Assembly (NCBI GenBank): GCA_963765765.1
Contig: CAVXYC010000018.1
Coordinates: 139,002 to 203,001 of the forward strand
DNA from: an uncultured Chloroflexia bacterium
GTDB lineage: Bacteria > Chloroflexota > UBA6077 > JACCZL01
Length of the DNA: 64,000 nt
Direction: 5' to 3'
Below the pieces are notes generated by a model. The model made no database searches, was not told the origin of the DNA, and worked only from the letters and a program-made list of their open reading frames with translations. Positions 56,949 through 64,000 of the stretch are shown here, piece after piece. Made by a program: the position numbers and the translations under genes. Every line of letters starts with the position of its first letter. Positions within the stretch are counted from its first letter, which is position 1.

Positions 56949-57125
56949 CAAGCGGCAGCGAAATGACGGCCGAAAAAGAGGTCGGCCCTGCACGTTGCGG
57001 GGTCAATTTGTAACCGCAACCGAAGCCTGAGTTTGGCCGGGTAAAGACGCCGGTGAATGTTCAGCATCTCATCTGGAATCGACCGATTTTAGGCCCGGCG
57101 GATCGCCTTGCAGCGGATCGGCACT

Positions 57126-57162
57126 AATCGCTCAGCGCAGCAAGGCGCCGCGCTGAGCGATT
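57126..57162. terminator. 13-bp stem hairpin between convergent genes
   Basis: AATCGCTCAGCGC / GCGCTGAGCGATT. Confidence 0.65.
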
Positions 57163-57175
57163 CAAACTCGCACGC

Positions 57176-57610
57176 TTAGGGGCAGTCGTCCGGAAAGAAC
57201 ATCCCGGGGATCTCGATGCGTTCGGGGATAAAGGACTTATCTTTGCCGACTGAGGTCTCCCCGGGAATCGGTGCCCCAATGCGCAGCATCACCAGGTTTC
57301 CGGCGGGCCCACTGCTCTGGAACTTGTACTCGGTATCTTTTGGCAGCATGATTCCGTCGTATTTGTTCAGTATGCGCACCCGCTCCTCGCCGTCCTGGAT
57401 GGTGTGAAACGTGGCCTGGCCGGATAGAACCACAAACGCGTGATCGTCGGCCTTGTGCGCATGGAACAGATTTTCGCCGCCCTCGGCATACACCTTGATC
57501 GTGACTATCAGGTGATCGGTCTTCGCCCGGTGATCGGTGGTCAGCCCCTGCTTCAGCAGCGGTGTGCGCAGATTGAACACACCATCTTTGGTCAATGTCT
57601 CGGTAGCCAT
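57176..57610 (-). CDS. Cupin domain protein, paralog of 51843-52277
   Basis: Identical termini MATETLTKDGVF / IPGMFFPDDCP. Confidence 0.88.
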   Translation of the reverse strand: MATETLTKDGVFNLRTPLLKQGLTTDHRAKTDHLIVTIKVYAEGGENLFHAHKADDHAFVVLSGQATFHTIQDGEERVRILNKYDGIMLPKDTEYKFQSSGPAGNLVMLRIGAPIPGETSVGKDKSFIPERIEIPGMFFPDDCP

Positions 57611-57643
57611 GAGCCTGCTCCTTCTACGTGATTCTCAGCGAAA

Positions 57644-58707
57644 TTAGTCCAGCTGCGGCCGCGTTAACCCGTACACCTCGATTGCGTTCTCGCTCAGGAT
57701 CTTTCTGAGATCGTCTGCCGGTACATGCCCGAGCTGCTCCTCAACCAGCTGTCGGGAATGGGGCCACTTGGTTGGATGATGAGGGTAGTCGCTCGACCAC
57801 ATACAGTTGTCTACACCCCACTCAGGGAAGTGGCGGGTTCCCGCGTGGTCGTTTATGAACGTCACGTATACCTGGCGGTCAAAGTAGTAGCTCGGCGGGT
57901 GGCTGATTGGGAGCGGGTCGCTCTGCTGGAAGCGATGATAATGGTAGTCCCACATCTGCAAGACAAACGGCGCCCAACCAACCTCTGGCTCCGAGAGAAC
58001 CAGCTTCAGACGCGGATACTTTTCCAGGATGCCGTAGAAGATGAAGTCAAACAGCGCATTCTCGAAGTCCAGAATCTTCACGTTCACGTTGCGCCGGTAG
58101 CGCTCGGGGCCGCGGCTCACGTCACGATTCTGGTTGGAGCCGAAACCGGTGCCCAGGTGCACCGTGACGGGCATGTCGAGCTCCTGGCTCGCCGCCCAGT
58201 AGCGATCGTAGTGCGATGATGAGAACGGCAGCTCAGACGGTGGAACAAGCCAGATCGCTGAGCCCACCATGCCGCCGCGCTTGCAGCGCTCTAACTCTGC
58301 AATTGCGTGGTCAATGTTGTAGAGCGAGATCTGCGGTATCCCAATCAGCCGTGTGGGGTCGGCCGAGCAGAACTCCATCAGCCAGTCGTTGTAGACGCGG
58401 CAGCCCGCCTCTTGAACTTCAGAGTCAACCAGCGAGAGGAAACGTGATCCAGATCCCGCATAGAGAATCTCCGCGCTCACACCGTCCTGGGTCATCTCCT
58501 TCAGGCGCTCGTGCCCGTCCCAGCCGCCTGGGTGGAACGTCGCCTCCTCATCAGCAGTGCGGGCGCGAAACTTGGGCGCCCTGTCGCGGAGCTCCGTCGG
58601 CAGGCGCTCTTGCCACAAATTGGGGTCTTCAGTAACGTGCGAATCCGCTGAGATCAGCGGAGCTTCGTCTCGGTTAATGAGCCTTGCGCCAAAGTTCCAA
58701 CAGCCAC
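57644..58707 (-). CDS. Amidohydrolase family protein
   Basis: ISADSH, YNDWL, SEPEVGW, MWSSDYPH. Confidence 0.88.
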
Positions 58708-58723
58708 AGGTCCTCTCCTTGTG

Positions 58724-60001
58724 CTAACTCTTCACCTTGTACATCTGCTTCAGCAGGCTCAGTACGTCCGGGGGCAGGTTCTGTAGCTCATCGATGTCAG
58801 CGCGAATGTCCTCGGGCGTCTTGAGTCCGACCTCGAACTTCCGGTCTGCTATGTCTTTGCGGAACGCTGGATCCGCCACGGTGTCTGCGAATGCCTTGCG
58901 CAACGTGTTGGTCGCGAGCTCGGGCGTGCGGGGTGGCAGGGCAAACATTCGCTGCCCGGTCGTCATTCGGGAGTTCAGCTCAAGCGCATGCTTGAGCTGG
59001 GGCGACAGCTCCACAACGTCGTAGATCTGTTTGTACCAGGGGTACTTTCCCTTGGCTACCTCAACCTTCATAAACTCCGGCATCTTCTCGAAATAGAAGA
59101 GTGGCGTCACCAGGTTTTCGGTGAACCAATGCGGGAACGTCACCAGATCGTCGTCGGTGCACCGGGTGGTGAGGTCGAGCTCGCCTCGCTCCAGAGCCAC
59201 ATTGATCTCAGATGTGCCCGCGTAGCCAAATACCGCCTGCACCGGCGAACCCGCCAGCTCCATCCAGGTATCCAGGGCGCCGGTACCACTCTGCGTTGCG
59301 GACTCACCGATCTTCAACTTGCGCGGGCTCTGCAAGAACGCATCCAGGGAATTGGCGACGTCCGTGCGAGCGCAAATCTGGCGTGGGGAGATCTCCAGTC
59401 CGGCGCCCCAGATAGGTGGCCTCCGAGGGATCGAATCCCTGCAGCTTTTCACCGAGAGCAGACTGCACCAGGAGCCCCTGGGTGAAGACAACCAGGTCCA
59501 TGCCGTTCCCGGGCGCCTTCCGCATCACGGTCTGCACGGCGCTCAGGGAGCCAGCGCCGGGCATGTTGGTAACAACGATCTCCGGCGTGCCAGGAATGTC
59601 CGGCCCATGTGGACCGCCACGATACGCGCGTAGGTGTCGTAGCCACCACCTGGTGCGTAGCCCACCGTGAAGGTGATGGTCTTCCCGCCGAAATAACTGG
59701 CGGCCTGCGCCACGTCGACCGCTGGCGCAGCCGGCTTTTCCGCCGTCTTGGGTGCGGCGGCTGGGGCGGACTTCTCGGCCACCGGCGCCTCGCTCTGGCC
59801 AGTTGGCTTAGCCGTCGCTGATTGGGGAGCCGCCGTCGGTGCAGCGGCAGTGGGCTTCGGCGGCGCACTTGTGGGTGGGGCGGGGGACGCAGCCGGCGCA
59901 CATGCAGCCATAGCCAGGAAGACGACCGTACCCACGAGTGTGATCATGCGACGATGACGTTCAAGCATCTTTGTCCCCTGCTGGTGTGCTACGGCAGACA
60001 T
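58724..60001 (-). CDS. tctC: TTT substrate-binding lipoprotein (Bug/TctC), frameshifted
   Basis: GKTITFTVGYAPGGGYDTYAR, NMPGAGS, GYAGTSEI..ALERGE. Confidence 0.85.
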
Positions 60002-60139
60002 TCACCGTATACGGCACGTACGGGTTCGACTCATAGCGCGCCCCCCCTGCAGTGTCAAGCACGATTAGAAGGATGAGACCGCTTGCGGATACGCCCCCAA
60101 AGCATTCAGACGGGTTTGAGGCTTTATTCGTCCGTCTCG

Positions 60140-60917
60140 CTAGATCGTTGCTTCAAGCAGTTGACCGAAGCCGCTTACCGTATTTTCGACCCGCGCCTCG
60201 CGAAGGGACGCCCAGATCATTGCCTGTTTGCTGCTCACCACGGGAAGCCCGAGATCGCGCTCAGTGGATCGATAATAGCCACGCTCGGCATGGCCGCGCC
60301 CGGCAGCCAGATGCCGTCGACAGCCCCAACCCCCTTGTAGCTTCTATGACCTCCTGGTACTACCGACAAGCGCTATTCCGTATAGACCGCCGTATTCCGC
60401 CACCAATACGCGATGTGCGCTCAACGATCTCAATTCCGGCGTGGCTAACGTATTCACCGACATGCGCGCTTGCTGGCTCGGTAAACGGGCTCACCATGAG
60501 CACTGGTGACATCCCCAGGCTTTTCATGGCTTCAATTGATGCGTGCGTATCCATGATGAACGGAATATCTGTGATCTCGCGAACCTGGGCACGCAGCTTC
60601 TCTTCGAAGCCCCACCCCTGGGCGGTGATGTGGGGAACACCTGCCTGAACGATGACGTGCACGCCCTGATCGGCAAGTAGCTTCACGCCGTTAGGTATCC
60701 GGCTCACCGGGCGGCTCAGCGACGTGGTGCTCAGGAACTCGCCTTCTGAGTCATCATACGAACGAAGGCCCGCGATACTAATGGTCACGCCCTCTGGCAC
60801 GATCATATAGAACTCGTGCGGGTGGTTCGGGTTTGCCATCCCCGGCTGGAGAAATCCGATCCGTGCTCGCCAGCCGTACGCGGCCCCGGAGTTTGCAAGC
60901 GCACTCATGAGCGCCAC
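60140..60917 (-). CDS. Maleate isomerase/arylmalonate decarboxylase-like protein, frameshifted
   Basis: YGWRARIGFL, LERDLGLPVVSSKQAMIW. Confidence 0.75.
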
Positions 60918-61126
60918 TCTCCTCTGTGTGACATCCTGGCTATTGATTGGGCCGATGACGTGCCATCTTATAACACCCGACTAACTGCTGGACAACGGGT
61001 ATTCGATGAACAACGTTCCTGAGTACGCTACCCACGGTTCATAAGTTTTGGCCCCTCAGGAATGTCTTCATATGCTGAAGGTTTTGTTAAAAAATCAAGA
61101 ATCTAGTTCCTAATCCCGAAAAGACA

Positions 61127-61569
61127 TTGAACCGCGTGTCACTTTCGAAGATCGCCCCTGCCCCTCGGCCCGGTGCGGGTCCAGCGTGGATGGCGCTGTT
61201 TTATTTTGAGAACCTTCCGAACCATATGGCTGGGCGCATGGCACAGGGGCGCAACCCTTGGTCTCGCCACGTAGCCAACGTGGTCAAAGTCACACTCGAT
61301 CAACGGGCTGCACTCCAGGGCAACGACAGGTCGCTCTGGAGAACGCCTCTTTGCGCTACCCCCGCGCTCCCGACAACATCGTCGCGGCGATCCGGAAGGA
61401 ATTTAATGGCACCAGTGGCCGACCCAGCGTTCCAGGCTGAGATGACCAAGCGAAATCTTGATATCGGCTTGAAATCCGCCGAGTCGCTCAGGGAGGTCAT
61501 TGAAGAAGCAAGACACTTAAACCCGAAGTGTTCGCCATCCTGAAGCAGATGTACACGCCGAAAACTTAG
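61127..61569 (+). pseudogene. TctC C-terminal remnant
   Basis: LFYFE, VADPAF, IGLKS, ILKQMY; resembles 58724-59100. Confidence 0.65.
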
Positions 61570-61682
61570 AAACCGCGACTCAATAGGTTAGCTAGCAAGG
61601 AAAATAGGCGTCTGTGCCGACTCGCCGACCTTTGTGTCTTCGCGCAGACAGCCAAGATAAGGGCGTTTCCCTTGAAATTCAG

Positions 61683-61890
61683 TTATCGAGCTTGAGTCGT
61701 GGCGTTCCACAAGGACTGGGCGGCCTGCTTTGAAAACTTCATTGCCCGTCTGAGTGCGCTCGTCAGTTGACCAGCATTATCGATTCGGCCTTCGGCATGC
61801 ACCCCATGGGTAGAGTCATGGCGGCGAAGTACGTAGCGGGATCGTCCAGGCGCTGACCGAGCATGGCATTTGGCGGAATAAAAAAACACC
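61683..61890 (-). pseudogene. TPP enzyme C-terminal remnant
   Basis: HGVHAEGRIDNAGQLTSALRRA. Confidence 0.55.
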
Positions 61891-62154
61891 TACCAGATCA
61901 AGCGCTTCAGTTGCTCTCCGCGATTCGCGTGCGCCCTGGATTGAATCGGTAAGCGAAATGGACGTTGCGGCCGGAAAGCCGCTTCCTCATTTTCGGAGCG
62001 CGCATACAACCAAGCCCTACGAGTAACTCGAGCGACTTAAGTATTCTCCGTCAGCGCCTTCACGATACCTGGGCGACTACCGCGTCGGTAATCGTCACTC
62101 GCCCATTCATGCCTGCGATGGATTGATTAACGGTCGTCTCCTCTGCAGGTCGAG

Positions 62155-63911
62155 CTACCGAACCTGGGTAATGACGTCCACCAGGGCCGGGCTCCCCTGC
62201 TTGACGATATCGACTGCTCGACGGACGCGCAGGCCACTTCTACCGGAGTGTCGATCGGCCCTTCCGCGTGCACGCCCATGGATCGAGCCATGGTCGCGAA
62301 GTCCGGGGCGGGATCGTTGATGTCCTGACCCACCCAAGCGTTCTCCTCAGGACGACCGCGTCGTCGAGCAATCCGGATCTGATGATCCCAGTCGTTGTAA
62401 TACGATCGATTATTGAGCATCACAATGAGCATCGGCAGGCGCGAATGGGCGGCTACCCAGAGTGCGCCCGGGTCAAACATCAGGTCGCCATCAGGTTGGA
62501 CATTCACCACGAGCTTCCCGGTGCCGCGGTATGCCAAGGCGACGCCAAGCGAGACCCCGGCTTGACTGCCCGTACCCATGCATCCCGTCGTTCCGGGGTA
62601 ACGCTCCGGCTTATCGAAGTCCCGCAGTCGCAACGCCCAATTGCGCAGCGTGTTGGACGTGAGCACCCGTCCTCTTCCTTGATAGCGTCCCACAGCTCAA
62701 GGGCTAACCGACTTATCGAAACTGGTGAGACATCCCAATTCTCGCGCGCCTGACGATCCCACCGATCGTGCGCTGCCTGATGAATCTGGCCGATCGCCCG
62801 AATTCGATCGGCCGCCCTTTCCCGATCTCCTGAGCTCGACGTGAGCCGTGAAATGATGCGCGCATTGAGCTCCGGCAACGCGAGTGACGTATCGGCGAGT
62901 ATCTGGATGTCCACCGGGACAATCTGCGCAAACTCCTCGGACCATCGGCTGACCGTCACGTCGCGGAAGCCAATCTCGGCAATCCTGCAGGACGACGGGA
63001 TAAGGTACGAATTGCTTGCCGTGTCCTCGTCGTGCTTCGAAATTGCACCGTAGAGGTTCTTCACATCAAGCGCGAGCACGAGATCGGCCTGAGCAAGCGT
63101 AGAGGTCTCCGTGCCGGTGATGTTGAGCGGGTGCCGCGAAGGGAAGTTCAGACGGTCGTATTCGTCCATCACGGCTGCGCCGGTCGATTCGGCGAGGCGC
63201 ACGAGCTCATGAAATGCAGTCGGGTTGCGTCCCGCGTATCCTGCGATCAGTACGGGGTGCTCGGCTTGCAGGAGTCGGTCGGCCAGCTCGTCCAGCGGCG
63301 GTCAGATCAGCCTGCATGCGCGTCCCAGGGCTGAACTTCTCCCGGGTCTGGCAGCTCAACCACTTCCTCGAGCGGCTCCTCCTGGAACCCAGCGTCGTAG
63401 CAGAGATGCACCGGCCCTTGTGGCTCCTGGAGCATGATTCGATATGCCCGCGCGAACGAATCAACCACCTCCTGGGCTGTGAGCGGCGTCCGGTCCCACT
63501 TGAGGAAGTCATGGAGCGGTTGCGCCTGAGGGATGGCCGTATGAATCCAATCCGCTCCGGGACGGCGCTTCGCGGATCTAGCGGGCCCGTGCCGCCCACC
63601 AGCAGAAGTGGCACGCGGTCGAGATAGGCGTGGTAGACGGCCTGCGCACAGTGTAGGAGGCCAACAGTGTCGTGAACCGCCGCAATCATCGGCCTCCCGG
63701 TCGCCTTGGCGTATCCCAGCGCCACGGACACTTGCGATCTCTTCGTGCGGACAGAGGATGATCTCGGGGCGATTGTCACCATAGTTCACCAGGGAGTCGT
63801 GCAGCCCCCGATACGAGGCTCCCTGATTCAAGGCGATCCAGGGGAGCTCGTACTGATTCATCAGGTCCACAATCAGATCGAGCCGAATCGGTTCGGCGTA
63901 GAGCCCGTCAT
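62155..63911 (-). CDS. Thiamine-pyrophosphate-binding enzyme, frameshifted
   Basis: GASYRGLHDS, HEE, QPDGDLMF..NNRSY. Confidence 0.88.
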
Positions 63912-64000
63912 TTTCTCACCTGATAAATTAGGGAACAGCGTACTCACCGGCTTGCGCGAGCTGATTCCTGCGACAGAGATCTCTCACGTGAGTGCGAACG

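Noticed and set aside
61008-61018. Second LexA box (GAAC-AAC-GTTC)
   Set aside because: The spacer is 3 bp rather than 4, and no repair gene is adjacent.
1936-63911. Programmed frameshifting or mass pseudogenisation
   Set aside because: Single-base shifts are scattered across unrelated genes with conserved motifs, so long-read indel error is the simpler explanation.

Overview
High-GC bacterial chromosomal segment, probably Chloroflexota (Ala/Pro-linker lipoproteins, AGAAC-N4-GTTCT box). Many genes carry single-base frameshifts, consistent with an unpolished long-read assembly. Most of the window is transport and catabolism: ABC and TTT transporters, LigJ, HpaB, a Rieske oxygenase, amidohydrolases, five related cupins, TPP enzymes and a partial ebo cluster. 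The standout is a ~10-kb co-oriented minus-strand block (34.8 to 24.7 kb). A LexA/SOS-type palindrome and RBS precede a phage major capsid gene with a non-capsid N-terminus. It is followed by a clan GH-A hydrolase, a tail-like protein, a holin and then imuB-DUF6504-dnaE2. No imuA, terminase, portal or integrase is recognisable. The block carries at least five families of short inverted-repeat elements, several inserted in frame in imuB and dnaE2. No rRNA, tRNA or CRISPR array was seen. All family calls come from motif recognition by eye, not database searches.
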